DNA of 64,000 nucleotides from Synchiropus picturatus (taxonomy: Eukaryota). Under the pieces are notes generated by a model. The model made no database searches. It saw only the letters and a list, made by a program, of their open reading frames with translations, and had not been told where the DNA came from. Location: the NCBI GenBank assembly GCA_044231675.1, contig CM094669.1, positions 3,057,643 through 3,121,642 on the forward strand. The letters are read 5' to 3'. Shown piece by piece: positions 46,718 through 59,740 of this stretch (its first letter is position 1; each line of letters starts with the position of its first letter). The position numbers and the translations under genes are program-made.

Positions 46718-49174
46718 CTGCAGCACATGAAAGGTCAGGTGACCGTGAGGTCATGAGGTCAAGGGCACCACAGGCAACTCACTGTAGTCATCCGTCTCGT
46801 GGTTCCAGTGGGGACTCTGGTCCGGGTAGTCAGCCGGGATGCTGAGCTGCAGTGGCGGGACGCTGGGCAGGTCCCGGTCATCTGAAACACACGGATGCGG
46901 TTCTCCATCTGTGCGAGCGCTCAGTCCCACCCAGGATAGAAACCACTTCTGGACCCACCTAACTTGCACAGCAGATGCACTGCTCCAGTGTTGCTGCAGT
47001 GCGACGGGTCCAGGTTGACCAGGAACTTGACGTCCAGACGCGCCACTTCTCCCTGCAGCACGTTAGGAATCGTCTGACGCTCGTCTTCCTCCAGTTTCCT
47101 CTTTCGGCCTGTGACACTGGGACCGCTGAAAGCAAACCCCACATTAACGTGGTCCAGCGTGTGGGTGTGTGTGTAGTCATTACGTGATTGGCGGCCCATG
47201 AATGGCGCTCATGGCAGGCGAGAAGGTCCTGAAGAGCGAGTGGTTGAAGACCGGAGAGCGGATGTTGGCCATGACGGCGTCCAACAGCGGCTGACAGAGG
47301 TACTGCTGCTTGGGTACCGGCAGGGGAGGAGGGGTGGGCTGCGGAGAGAGCCAGCGTTACCATGGTGACCAATCACTCTCACTCAAGCGACCCCTGCTGG
47401 AGAGCAGAGGAGGTGCACCTACCACTGCCATGTCGTTTTTCAACTTCTCCAGAGCAATCTCACACTTCTGCAGAGTCTTCAGAGGACACCTGACACGACG
47501 GAGAACAGAAGTGAGTTTACACCCATTGCAACTAGTATAATTTCAAACTCAACCTCAAACTTCATTACACCTATAGCAGCAGGAATGTCATGCTGATAAT
47601 AGACTCCACCTACAGACCCATGGGCCAACACTGCGAGTGTAACACACCCACTGAACAACACTTGACTCCGTGAAGCCTGGTCGTGATGGCCTCTTTAACA
47701 CGAGAAATGGATGAGGTGACCCAAAATGCATTTCATACTATTAAAATAGTCACAACATATGGTTGTCCAATAAAGACAGTACAGAGCCTTCACTGGTCAA
47801 ACTCTAAACTATCAGTCTCAATGCAACGTGTGACAGATGTCGCCTGATTTTTGCTACTCTGTTCCGCACGTTTAACTCATGTTAAAAACACACTGAATTC
47901 TGTGACTCGATATTCAAGACATTTTCAAAAACATTTGGGAACCCAAGCCTCACCTCACCTCACCTCACCCCCGAAAAAAATAAAAAAATAGAAGCAACAC
48001 AAATACGTTACTCAAAAAAACCAAAAAGTCACCTGATATTTGGATCCGTCAGAATGTTTAGAAGGCTCTTCATCTTGCTCAGATCTTTCTTCCTATCTGA
48101 AAACATGCACACATATTAATGACAAAATCCCACACACATACATACTTGTATCTCTATCCTTATGGGGAGCTCTCATTGACATAACCCCCATACTCCCCAG
48201 CCTCTCCCTTAACTTAACCATCCATAACACATGGCGAACCTGAACCAGAACCCAGTATTAATGACCAAGTTATTGTGACGTTTTCACCCTCAAAACTTGA
48301 CGTGGACCTGCCAAAATGTCCACACAAAGCAAAATGTGTCTTGTCAAAGATTGGTCCCCACAAGAATATTAACACATGTACAAACACACACACCTTCGTT
48401 CTTGTCGATCTTGTTGATCATGCGGCTCAGAGGCTCGATGTACTTGGAAAGCTGTTTGAGTTTCTCCATGTATTGTTGGTCCTCCAGGGACGAGCCCGAG
48501 GGGCTCAGGACTGACCCGGGATTTCCTGCACAGAACGTAGGGTTCAGGCTGCGGCGAACCCCTCTGGAGGAGACCACCAGCGGCTTACCAGGTGTGTTGA
48601 GCGGGCCTGGGGAGGGCACGCCATAGTTCTGCGGGGTCCGGGCGGTGATGGGGCTCTGTGCGGGCTGGGGGGACGGGCTCGGCTGGAAGCCTCCTGGCGA
48701 AGGGGCGGGGCCAGAGCTGTGGGAACAACACAACAGTGTTCACCTGGTTGAAGAGAAGGTGGCCCTTCATTACGGTCAACCTAACTACCTGACTGAGTTA
48801 GGCTGCGAGCCTGGAGGCTGCGGAGATGGTTGGGGGGGGTGGCGGCATCGAGGGCGTGGTCTGCACCGGCGAGGGCGATGACAGCATTTGGTGCTGCTGT
48901 TGCACCTGCGGTCATGACTGATTGAGAGTGGCCGCTTTGCAGAGTCAGCAATAATAACTGGTCGTACCTGCTGGGGGATGGGTGGAGCCCCCGGGGCAGA
49001 CGCGGCGCCAGTGTTCGGCATGGCGGGGCGGGGCATCCGGGCAGAAACATGCACATGGCGCACCATCTGACAGAAGAAGAGAACAGCACGTGGTCATAGT
49101 GTTTTGATCAGCCAGCAGAGTGTGGCTGAACATGCTCACCTGTCCAGGACCAGCAGCTGCACTGAGCTGGGCAG

Positions 49175-49206
<32 letters not shown>

Positions 49207-49457
49207 AGCGCTGCCCGGGCCTGAGCCTGTTAACACACACACACACACACACGTTATTCCAACCACAACATGATGGAGAAATGAAGGAGCAGAAGAGAGG
49301 AGGAGGAGGGACCTGCAGGTTGAGGTGCTGCTGCTGTTGCTGCTGACTGAGGGAAAGTATGGGAACATGTGGCGCAGCCGTCATTTGCTGCTGCTGCTGC
49401 TGAGAGTGAGGAGGCATCTGACCAGACTGTTGCTGCTGGACCAGGTGCTGGAGGGAC

Positions 49458-49490
<33 letters not shown>

Positions 49491-51025
49491 AGCTGGAGCT
49501 GGACCATCTGCTGCTGTTGCAGCCTGGACTGATGCATCTGTGGAGACACAACATGATCACCATCAGACAGAGTTTCCAAATAATCCGCATTGACCAGTCA
49601 AGTTGTCCTCATGAGGCAAACACTATATCTGGAAATGCTTTAACATAGATGCATCTATTCCAAGAATGGTGGCCAGGATCTTCAGAATTCTTGTACCTGG
49701 TTCTGCTGCTGCTGGTTCTGCAGTTGTTGATTCTGCAGCTGCTGGTTCTGCAGCTGTTGGTTCTGCAGTTGCTGGTTCTGCAGCTGCTGGTTGGGGTGAT
49801 GCTGCTGCATCTGCTGCTGTTGTTGTTGTGCTCTCATCTGTTGTTGGAATTGCTGCTGCTGTTGCTGCTGCTGGAAATGCTGGAACTGGATGGACTGCTG
49901 CGGGACCATTTGCTGCATGGGCATCTGACCCCCGACTGGAGAGAAAATAGGTTGAATGCTCAACCAACAGCCGTATAGTAACTGAAACACTCAACATGCT
50001 CAGGCAGCTGCAGTCAGTAGGGCGTGAAAACAGCAGAAAACCCACAGCGAGAAAAAAACACTCACTGGCTTGCGGGTTTCCAGATACCCCAGCCATGGCA
50101 TGCTGACCTATCTGCATTGGACCCATGGCCCCCATACCTCCCACAGGAGCACCGGTGGGGCGAGGCCCCATGCCGATGGCGCCTGGGCCCCCCCCGACCC
50201 CAGTCAGGTTAGTCAGGGCATTCATTGGATCTAGCAGAAGAGGGACAGACCAGGTTATCAGCCTCACACATGCAACGCTTCAGTCACCTGAGCACAGACA
50301 AGGAACACACACTGACCTGGACCACTGAGCGGCTTCTTGTCTGCAGGGACAGGTAGAGACCCATTAAACATCGGATGACATGTCAAAACAAATGAAAACT
50401 CAAGCTATAACTCACGGATGTCTCTAAAGTGGATGATGAGTCTTGCCACCAGAGATAAATACTCCTCCTGGAAAAACATAAAGAAGTCAGTCACCTCCCT
50501 CTGAAGCCACCGAGGTCAGTCACTCACTCTGGACTTGGCTTTCATGTAGACGTGGTTCTCCATCTCTGTACTGGATTTCGTGTGCGGGGTCCCAGCCTTC
50601 CTCATGGCTTCTTCGCTGGTTTGACAAAGAAGATCCCGAAATCGGGAGGTTTCAGTGAACATTTGATCACTTTATCTGACACCCTCACTTTTCTAAGCAG
50701 GACGCTTTACTGGCTGAACCGTGGAACCATACCGACTCCGTTAGGTTAAAAGACGAACAGTTTTAACAGACAAGTGCTTATAACAGTCAATATTTCTTTG
50801 CTCCGCGTCTGATAACTTGGTTTGCAACGCATTGATTCAATCAGAACTGACCAAATCAAAACGTTAGCCTAGCCGCAAAAGCTAACAGCAGCGGTGTTTA
50901 GCTTAGCTGCAGAAGCTACACTGCTACAACACAATGACTACATCAAATACTTCTCACATCTGTGCGACGACCTTCTGTCGGAACTGTGGACTCCGCCAGT
51001 CGCTATCAGCTCCCGGTACCTCCAT
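46581..51025 (-). CDS. med15: Mediator subunit 15 (med15), a multi-exon gene on the minus strand. Only the first, KIX, several polyQ, and last exons are anchored. The span is given from stop to ATG.
   Basis: Anchors: the N-terminus MEVPGADSDWRSPQFRQKVVAQ matches the MED15 KIX motif (TDWRSTAFRQKLVSQI). The KIX exon EEYLSLVARLIIHFRDI is present. Exons at 49136-50270 are extremely Q-rich. The exon at 48344-48733 has ...LSPSGSSLEDQQYMEKLKQLSKYIEPLSRMINKIDKNE. The C-terminus is ...NTWVRSVRQACLSAA*. Confidence 0.8.
49140..49990. repeat. med15: CAG/CAA (CTG/TTG) trinucleotide-rich tracts encoding the med15 polyglutamine regions.
   Basis: Long (ctgctg)n and (ttgctg)n runs on the plus strand. The minus-strand ORFs are dominated by Q. 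Confidence 0.9.
50416..50467 (-). CDS. med15: med15 KIX-domain exon (EEYLSLVARLIIHFRDI).
   Basis: Acceptor tttttccag and donor gtgagt on the minus strand. Confidence 0.7.
50958..51025 (-). CDS. med15: med15 exon 1 (MEVPGADSDWRSPQFRQKVVAQ + 2 nt).
   Basis: ATG at 51025-51023 on the minus strand. Donor AT|gtgaga on the minus strand at 50957. Confidence 0.75.
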
Positions 51026-51260
51026 TTCAGAACCGAACCTTTAAGAAACTAGACTTTTTTTAAACAAACTCCTCCTGCGCCCAGCGAAATGGCGGATGTT
51101 TGTTTACAAATACCGCCCCTGTCTGGCGGAACCGGGTACTGGTCCTGCAGCGGAAATGACGCTTTGGTTCACGTTGCGTATTATTTCATTTGCTATCGAG
51201 TCGTACGCTCGTTTTCTGGTTGGCAGGGGACGTGGTGAGGGTTTCGAAAGGCTAAAATTT
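51026..51260 (-). promoter_or_regulatory. med15: med15 proximal promoter/5' UTR. It is GC-rich and contains ccgcccc.
   Basis: Immediately upstream of the ATG. CpG-rich. Confidence 0.4.
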
Positions 51261-51566
51261 TAATTGTGACTGCACACAAATTGTCAAAATGAATGAGATA
51301 AAGTTCAGGCCGTCACTCTCCCACCAAAGCGGATCAACGTCTGACCATGGTTCGATGGTCCTCAGTTCAACTCACTTCCGGTCAAACGTTTTCGCCATGT
51401 ACGTAGGGTCAATAAGTTCCGCTTGTCCTATGCTGATGAGGTCGTGTTTGCAAATTCGACTGGGGGACTTTTTCAAGGTGCATTCTGCTCCACACTTGCA
51501 GAGTCATGATATGTAGTCTGGTGAACAGAGTTTTTTTTTTAACTTTTATTTTACAAAGAAAAGTTT

Positions 51567-53702
51567 ATTGTAAATAGAACAAGCGAGACAATATCAATTA
51601 GATCCATGCGGTGAAGGAGCTGCGATCAGGCCAGGTGACTGCTGAGCATCAACAGCCACCGCGTCAGCGAGAGAGGCGTATCTGGGGGCTGAAAGAGTCA
51701 CACGCACGTCAGTGATGACAAGGAGGAAGACGTGGAGGTCACATCATGCCAACCTCCATCAGTTTGGAGCTTGAATTCAACAACTGACCTGTAGTCCACT
51801 CGTGTCCACCGGGTGGCCATCTCTGCTGACTGACAGCAGGTGGGCGTGGCCACTAACAGGGTAACCCTCATCAACTGACAGTTGGCAAAGCAGGGAAGAT
51901 GACATCAGGCAGACAAGACGGCGCTGAGTCGGACACCAGTCGATGGCAAAGCTGAGAAAAGCATGCACTTAGCCTAAATGTCTTAGTGGTGGGGTTCTGA
52001 GACCAGATGAGAGGCTCACCTGGATCGGAGTGCCTGGATCTCTGCCAGCAAATCAGCTTGACTCAGGTAAGTCTGCTTCACCTCCAGGAGGGCAGCACTT
52101 AGCTCATCGTGACCTCCTGTCAGAACTTCCTCCAGCAGCCCAGCGCTTCGCTCCACCCGCAGCTGGAAGTGGTCATCTTGGCTCCAAGTGATGGACAGTC
52201 TCAGCGGCTCCAACTGGTCTGAGGACCTGTTGCAGTCAGGTGTAGAGTAGGGCAACAGCTGCAGAGAGTGCTCCGACTGGTTGACGGACATCAGTTGTAT
52301 CTGCAGCGTTTCCTGATTGGCTGATACCTGCTCTTGCAGACTGAAAGGAGAGTAAGTATTTGAAACCAATGATGTTGCTGTTCCACCAGGAACTAAGATC
52401 AGACGCCACTTACGAGTTTCTGAGTCGCTGCCAAGCCATCATGTGACCTTGTACAACTTCTGACTTTTCCTGCAGCTTCTTTAGCTGATCATCACACACC
52501 TGCAGAGCAGTCCGGGTCTTTAGAAGAGACTCGTGTAGCTGCTCACTCAGATCCTTCTGTGGGAAAAGATGTTAATGATGAGTGACTGAGATGGTGATAA
52601 ATAAGACCAGAAATCATTATGTCAGAATCTTCATTTACTTCTCAGGTCACTCATTCACCATAGACAAGAAGAAACGTCCGAACTGTCTCTTCACTAGGTT
52701 GACAAAAACAACTCAACAATACTTCACATCTTCATGTCGCACCAGTCAGTCAAGGCAGTTTTCATTAATTCACTCAGATTTGCCACAGAGGGCTGCGAGT
52801 TTGTACCTTTGCATTCAGCTGTTGCAGCAGTTGTTTGAGAGTGTGTTGCTGCTCCTCCATTCGTGCCGTTTGCTGGTATAGAGCCATCAGGAGACCCTCT
52901 GTCTCCTCTGTCTTTTTAACACAGGCCAGTTTGAGAGACTTCCATCTGTCACGAGCTCCACCTAGCACAGACACACACACCAGTAAGCAATTTACAGCAA
53001 TATTTTTGCCTATGGTGAGTACAAGTTATCTATAGATGGCAGAGTACTTCAGAAAAAAATGCAGATGGAGTTGAACCTGGTATGACAGGGCAGGATGATG
53101 AAAGTAGCTCCCGGGCAGATTTCAGACTGTCGAGCAGAGACACCATGGAGTCCAAAACAAACAACTGACACCACAGAACCTTGTTGACCCGGAAATTGTC
53201 CTACATGGATGAACACATGACTTTATTAGTACGTGTCTGCACATACATGTGTTTCGATGTCTGACCAACCTTGAGAAAGAGCAACATGCCACCTGCATTG
53301 CTGGCGTCCACCATCTCTGAGACTCCATTATTCAAGAGAAACTGATCACATCTCTGCAACATACTGATGCTAACTCACATAGACAGAAAACACACACATC
53401 AGTTAACCTGGCTGTTCATGTCGCAATATCCACATGCAACTTATTTATTCCAGAACATGGCTCATTGTCAACATGAACAGTTTTGTTTATTCGTCGACAG
53501 CTACTTCTTATATTTACGTCATAACATCCATACAACTGTAAGTACGGTCGATATCGATGGTAACCAGAACCTAGTTTGACACTTAAAAGACAGTAAATGA
53601 GACTAAAACTGACTGCTCGTGTAAAAAAAGTCACGAAATGTCGAATTCCGACGCGTTACAATTGAAAAGAAAAAAGACACTTACGCGTCGAGTGCAGCCA
53701 TT
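51567..53702 (-). CDS. Unidentified multi-exon coiled-coil gene on the minus strand. Boundaries are approximate. Exon 1 is MAALDA with the ATG at 53702-53700. Later exons encode heptad-rich segments such as ...QKDLSEQLHESLLKTRTALQVCDDQLKKLQEK... and ...LLEEVLTGGHDELSAALLEVKQTYLSQADLLAEIQALRSR.
   Basis: Minus-strand ORFs 52016..52369, 52774..52980 and 53681..53920 have splice-site-flanked exons. An AATAAA signal (tttatt on the plus strand) sits at ~51567. No family was recognised. Confidence 0.35.
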
Positions 53703-54230
53703 TTGATTTTCAAATACACCCGCGCGCATCGACGGTCGAGCCAATCGGGTGTCACCTCCCCCACCACATGACGTAAACAGTGTTGGCTATGCATCATGGG
53801 AGTTTGAATGTCCGCGGATGTCGCTGTTGTTATCCAGCCCCACTGGAGCTGCTGCTCCGACTTTCCAGCTGCATCCGTTTGACGTACGCCTTCTCCAGCG
53901 CATGTGTTGTTTCCGGACATTTATCAAGTTTATCTTGTCAATCGTCGTCAAGGTCCTTGTGATGAAACTTTATCGATTTCTGTTGCAATGTTCACCAATT
54001 ATCACGTGACTTTGGAGCCTCTATTGACTTGCTCTTATCATAAGTGAGTGTCTTTAAGCGGGTTTACTGGATGTATTTGAGCAGGAATGGATGACTTTTA
54101 AAGGGCTAATGACATTTCAGACAAGCAACTCTGATGATGACTATTTATTGAAAGTGAATATCCTGAAAAAGTTGATCCAAGACCTTCAGGATGATTGGGC
54201 TCTGGTCAGGATGGACCCTGCAAGTGTTGC

Positions 54231-54357
54231 TCAAGGGCATGGTGGGGCGTTGAGGCACGGTTGTGACTCAATTTCTTGACCGTTAGGAGGATCCCCACAG
54301 TCCGCGTTTGGTATCCCGCTGAATGTTGCTTTCAAATTTTGAATTCCTATGGTGGGA
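54231..54357 (-). CDS. cfp: cfp terminal exon (SPTIGIQNLKATFSGIPNADCGDPPNGQEIESQPCLNAPPCP*).
   Basis: Resembles the human properdin C-terminus ...NVTFWGRPLPRCEEL...KRPCLHVPAC. Stop at 54233-54231. Confidence 0.7.
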
Positions 54358-56451
54358 CTGGACACACACACACACAGAGTTAACAGAGTACTGACTGATG
54401 AATGACTGACAGATGTCACTGACCTATACTCAGAGTAGTCAGGGGAACATATCATCTGTCTCTTTCGAGTGGACTTCGGGCCACAGGTGGGTCTACACGA
54501 GGTCCAGGACCCCCAGCCCTCCCAGTTCCCCTTCACTGAAAAATCACACACCATATCAGCTTGTGTCTGTTTGTGTGAAATGACTCTCCACCACTCACAA
54601 TCACAACCGGTGACATCGTAGCACACTTGACTCTGGACCATGTCCTCTCCTTTACAAGCCAAACCACCATGACTCCGGTGCAAACATTTCCGGGTCTGCC
54701 ACTGCAGGCCACCAGTGGTGGAGCATGTGATGTCCTGGTCTTCGTCATGTGCATACGTACACGGACCCCAGGATGACCACGCTGACCACTGCCCATCCAC
54801 TAGAGGGAGACATGTCAGTCGCAAAATCTGTCTCGGTGTATGGAGGGGTGTCTACCTGGACAGGGGACTTTGGTATTGCAGGTTCTGCTGCGGCTGGCAT
54901 CACCAGGACACTGTCGTCCTCCGTGTTTGGGGGAGGGGTTTTTACATTTCCTGGATGACAGCTGAATCCCTAACCCACATGTAACTGGACAAGGCGTAAA
55001 GGAGGACCAGGACCCCCACGCCCCGTCCACTGATGAAACAGAGAGATGAGTACTGGGGGGGCTGTGGACACAGACATCAGGATGGGAGGAAGAGTACCTG
55101 AGCAGGGAGGCACATTAAGGCAAGGCTGCACTTCTGTGGGGTCACCATGGCAACTCCTACCAGGTGGGTGGGTGGAGGGGGCGGGGTTAGAGCAGAAGCG
55201 GTGGCGTCTCCTGGCCACAGCACCCCCTTGTGGGACGCAGGAGGCGGAGCACTCGCCCCAATTTGACCATCCAGACCAAAAGCCATCCACTGAAACCAAC
55301 ACACATTTTTACCGTCCCGTTTGTTTGTGCGCATGTGAGTGTGTTACCTGGACATTTGTTCTTGCAGACACTGGTTTTGGTAGTTGGACCTTCACAGACT
55401 TTCCCACCGTATTTCGGGGCAGGGCTATCACACTGTCGGATTGATAGCTGTAGTCCTTCCTCGCAGGTGGTTGAGCAGGGTCCAGGTGGAGACCACGCAC
55501 CCCAGTTGCCGTCCACTGAAGTGAAGGTTGTTGAGTTTCCATCTTCAGGATCAGAGCCATGTACAGCGACTCACCAGGACAGTTGTTGATCTCGGTGCAG
55601 AGCTGGACCTGCTCCGATTCTCCTTGACAGTCCTGTCCGGGGGGCACCGTGTGAGGGGATGGAGCGGGGTCAGAGCAGGAACGATGACGTCGTCTGACTG
55701 GGATCATGCTGTCAGTGATACAAGTGCCAGAACACTGAGACCAACTGGCCCATTCGGACCAGCTGCCATGGACTGTGAGAGAGACAGTGGTCAGACGGGA
55801 CACAGGCAAGCTGCAGCTTCCAGGCACACAGCTCACCTGGACAGGCCTTGTTTTGCTGACAAGGCTCCCTCTCATCTGATGGACCACTGCAGAGCGAGTG
55901 ACAGTGGGGAGGACCAGTACAAACCCTCGCTCTCCTCCTGACTCCCTGTACTCCACAGCTAACTGAACATGGTGACCAGGGGTTCCACGAGCCCCACCCC
56001 TTTGCTGCACACACACAAGTGTTTGAGGAGCTCGATTGAAGGGTGATGTGTGTAGGCTGTACCATCACAGCAGGTTCCCGTACACGGTTCCATCTGCAGC
56101 TTGATGTTTGGGCCATCACACTGGCCGACACCGAAACATGTCCGTGTCCTCTGCCTTACTCCGTCCCCGCACTGGACGCTACATGGCGACCAAGGAGTCC
56201 AGGAAGTCCACATGGGATAGCTGAGACACACCCACAGTCACAGACTATCATTGTGTGTTTTCGTGTGTGTGAATATATATACTGTTTTTACGGACCCACA
56301 GGACTGACACTCTTCCAGGGCTGAAAGCTGGAAGCCATTGTTGATGTTCAAACAACAGTCATCTTTGTCCACCTCACCCAGCCTGGCATCACACTGACCT
56401 GAGGTTCTGTTGACACTGGAGAAACAGAGCACGCTCACTTCAAACACACAC

Positions 56452-56492
<41 letters not shown>

Positions 56493-56591
56493 TGTTGCCA
56501 GATGCTCTTTGAGCAGATGAACATAAACAAATAGCAAAAATGAAAGAACAACCATGATATGAAAGTTTTGGACCACATAGAGCAAGGTATC

Positions 56592-56658
<67 letters not shown>

Positions 56659-57048
56659 AGGTATCAAAACACATCACAACTGCAGCAGGAAAAACTTCAC
56701 TACGGTTGTAGTGAGAGTAGGTGTAATTGAGTAATGCAAACATTCCGTAACTTGCGGGAAGAGTCAGCGGCTGATGATCACCACATCATCCAAGTCGAGA
56801 TTCTGTCAAGCAACCACAACTGTAAATCTAAGTCCCTGTTGGCGTGATGGCCTTCGGAACTGTCTTGAGGAGACGAGGTCGAAGATTGACAGATTGGCCA
56901 CCAGGTAGCGCTGCTGTCTACCACTCCTGACCACTGATAGAGTTTTCATATTAGCGAGGCCTCACGTTAAACCTCAAAACTTACCTGAAGGTTTTACGCT
57001 CACCAGGACCTGAACCAGAACCAAAACCAGGCGCAGCTCTGCCGTCAT
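54231..57048 (-). CDS. cfp: Complement factor properdin (cfp): signal peptide, N-terminal Cys-rich domain, and about 8 thrombospondin type 1 repeats. The span is from stop to ATG and is multi-exon.
   Basis: Each TSR has the W-S-x-W-S...C-S-x-T-C-G motif. One TSR (MDGAWGSWSSFTPCPVTCGLGIQLSSRKCKNPSPKHGGRQCPGDASRSRTCNTKVPCP) is near-identical to human properdin TSR4. The N-terminal domain CDARLGEVDKDDCCLN resembles properdin CKGLLGGGVSVEDCCLN. Confidence 0.75.
54424..54535 (-). CDS. cfp: cfp penultimate exon: TSR6 (...KGNWEGWGSWTSCRPTCGPKSTRKRQMICSPDYSEY).
   Basis: Matches human [36 protein letters not shown]. Confidence 0.75.
56440..56500. repeat. (CA)n microsatellite in a cfp intron.
   Basis: acacacacgcacacacacacacacacacacacacacacac. 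Confidence 0.9.
56590..56660. repeat. (TA)n microsatellite in a cfp intron.
   Basis: About 35 TA units. Confidence 0.9.
56985..57048 (-). CDS. cfp: cfp exon 1: signal peptide (MTAELRLVLVLVQVLVSVKPS).
   Basis: Hydrophobic leader. Donor G|gtaagt on the minus strand at 56984. Confidence 0.7.
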
Positions 57049-57649
57049 CCTGTCGCACATACGGAGCCTTCGAGCGTTTCCGATACACTGACCTCCGCTG
57101 AGTTTCACCAGAAATCGTTGACCTTATACACATACAGGCGCGGGCGCGCGCGCATTCACGCATACTCGTGGAGTTTACGTCATAGGCAGGGATACGCACC
57201 CAGAAAGGTCAGCGAGGATGCGTGACAGCATTATTTTTAAATACAGGTTTAAATCGCGGGGTCCAGGGTCAATGTTGATGATAATGATGAAAAACAAAGT
57301 TGTGCCTCCACAAAGCGGCAGCGCCCGAGCACTGGCGGAAAGTGCCGGGAATATCCGAATTAATGTCGTGTTCTGCCTTAAGTTGGAACTTGTAAACACC
57401 GTTTCTCTCCTGTATGGGTGGGAAAAAATGGCATTATAAATAACTTGAATAATAACTAGACTACACCACTGCGCATGCTCATTGTTGATTTAATATTATA
57501 AAATGAAGAAAATTTTCCGGCTTCGTATGATTCTGTCACATGGATCAGGGCCACTATGCTTGAAGATGACGTCATAAGCGAGTGCGATGATCGCCCTGAG
57601 GCGAGAAACTACAACTCCCGTCACACCACTCTACTTCCGGTCCGCTTTG

Positions 57650-58080
57650 ACGCATGTGCAAGGAGGCGGGGTTTGTAATTATCGCCCCCGTCGCTTATTT
57701 ACGATATTTATTTATTTATTTTTTTGTCTTCGACCACCGTAGGAGCGCTGGCAGTTTTGGTGCTGCTGATCTACCGGGACCGTGTGTCGGACTGTGGTCT
57801 CCAAAGCAGCTCTCGCGCGCTGCCTCCGCATTAAGCCACACAATAGAAGCGAGAACAATAGCCGCGCTGCAGGCGCCACCGCTCAGCGAGTCAAGGAGGG
57901 ACCCGAACGGCCGAGCTCGGGGCCGCCTCCCGGGAGAGACAGCGAGAGGAGAAGCCGCTGCAGTGAGGGAACCGAGGGGGAGGGAGCGCGAGAGAGGGGG
58001 AGGGACAGAGGGGTGTGAATGGGCACGACTCAACCAGCAGCTCTGCGCCCTTCAGCTCCTCGATATCGATTTATTATCAG
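57650..58080 (+). promoter_or_regulatory. fbxl19: fbxl19 CpG-island promoter and non-coding exon 1 (donor atcag|gtaaat at 58080/58081). It sits head-to-head with cfp, whose ATG is at 57048 on the minus strand.
   Basis: CpG-dense. The GT donor is followed by an acceptor at 58807-58809 just before the ATG. Confidence 0.55.
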
Positions 58081-58329
58081 GTAAATTCATCCCGAAGCGA
58101 CACCCGGGGTGCAGGCGAGAAGTGGCCGGGACAGTGGAGCATCGCAGCATGGGCCGCAGGTGAAGCAGCCCGGCGGGGAAATAACGAGGAAGCGGAGGGC
58201 TAGCTGCGCTGAACCGAAGCTAACTGTGGCCAACGGAGAGCGTTTCTGATGAGCGAGACGGGAGTATGCGCCCTGGATCACAGAGGTGGGTGTCCCGGGA
58301 GTCTGCACGAGCCGCCGGAACCGTGAACT

Positions 58330-58365
58330 CCCTCTGCTGCTGCTGCTGCTGCTGCTGCTGCCTAG
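58330..58365. repeat. (CTG)n microsatellite in fbxl19 intron 1.
   Basis: ctgctgctgctgctgctgctgctgc. Confidence 0.9.
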
Positions 58366-58824
58366 TGTCCAGCGCTCCAGCCACCACAGCCGTGTGCTAG
58401 CATGCTAGGTAGTGTTACCTGCTCACGCTCCCCGAGGGCGGGGGTACTTCTAGTCTTCCGATCCCATAAATATCCAGTCAATAGATCGATTAGACTGTTT
58501 GTGCAACGGGCTGGTTGTTAGCTTCATTATTTCAGCAGGCTGGCGAGTTGGCTAGCAGTTAGCTTTTGTGACGTCACTATGTTGGTCCGAGTTGTGTTGA
58601 TAATGCATCAATGGATGCGGTCAGGTCGATGATGCTGGTCGTTGAGTCCCATTCGCCACGATTAAATGTTCGGTCCTGTCGTGGGTAGCTGATCGCTGGC
58701 GCCGAGAGTTTTTGGTGATCATTGGTTGTTGATCAGTCACTGAATGTCAGCGATTCCTCCCATTCATGTTTGAAGTGTAGAACTATAATTGGCTGTTGTT
58801 TTCCTCTAGCTGACTCGTTGGGTG

Positions 58825-58998
58825 ATGTCGGGCAGTAAGGCGCTGGCCGGGGGGGCTCGGCGCAGGCGGACCCGCTGCCGGCGCTGCCAGGCCTGCATGA
58901 GAAGCGAGTGTGGAGAGTGTCACTTCTGCAAAGACATGAAGAAGTTCGGAGGACCTGGACGCATGAAGCAGTCGTGTCTGCTGCGACAGTGCACTGCG
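58825..58998 (+). CDS. fbxl19: fbxl19 exon 2: CXXC zinc finger ([58 protein letters not shown]).
   Basis: Near-identical to the human FBXL19 CXXC domain ([48 protein letters not shown]). Confidence 0.9.
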
Positions 58999-59066
58999 GT
59001 AAGTCCTGCACACATCCATGCGAAACACTGGACGTTTGGTGATGAGTGTCGTCGTGTGGCCATCAG

Positions 59067-59210
59067 CCGGTGCTGCCGCACACCGCTGTGTGTTTCGCGT
59101 GTGGGGAGGCTGGGAAGGAGGACACGGTGGACTCAGAGGAGGAGAAGTTCAGCTGGTCCTTGATGGAATGTACCATCTGCAACGAGATCATCCACCCGAG
59201 CTGCCTGAAG
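59067..59210 (+). CDS. fbxl19: fbxl19 exon 3: PHD part ([48 protein letters not shown]).
   Basis: Matches human [48 protein letters not shown]. Confidence 0.9.
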
Positions 59211-59275
59211 GTGAGTTTTGCCGTGGATCAGGTGCAAAGTCTTGACCGGAACTCAGACATTCCTTTTTTCTTCAG

Positions 59276-59362
59276 ATGAACCGGACTGATGGGATCATCA
59301 ACGAAGAGATTCCAAACTGCTGGGAATGTCCAAAGTGCCACAAGGAAGGGAAAACCAGTAAG
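59276..59362 (+). CDS. fbxl19: fbxl19 exon 4 ([29 protein letters not shown]).
   Basis: Matches human [29 protein letters not shown]. Confidence 0.9.
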
Positions 59363-59490
59363 GTATGAGATGCTGCTGGCAGTCCAGATGTTTTCCTCTA
59401 TGCCTGCTCCAGACTCTCCGATTGGGGTACCAGTTCCAGGGGAGTGAGTTTGTCACATTTTTATCCAAAACAATACTCATTTTGATTCAG

Positions 59491-59691
59491 GACCCTGTGG
59501 ATGGATTTGGCAAACGACGGCTGGATAATGGGGAGGTTGGCCGCTGGAAGCTAACGGACGACCCACCTCCAAAAAAGAAGGCCCCACCCTCAGAAGAAGG
59601 GGGTAGGTCTGATGGGGGCCACAAGAGGAAGAAGGAGAAGGAAGGCCCCACTGATATCGGCACCACCAAGAAGAAGGTGAACTCCGTCAGG
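59491..59691 (+). CDS. fbxl19: fbxl19 exon 5 (DPVDGFGKRRLDNGEVGRWKLTDDPPPKKKAPPSEEGGRSDGGHKRKKEKEGPTDIGTTKKKVNSVR). An alternative donor sits at 59676.
   Basis: Matches the human RRADNGEEG...WKLTEEPP segment. Donor gtaaat at 59692. Confidence 0.7.
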
Positions 59692-59740
59692 GTAAATGCT
59701 CAGCTTTGTTTTGAAACTGACTGTGTGGTTCTGTTCCCAG

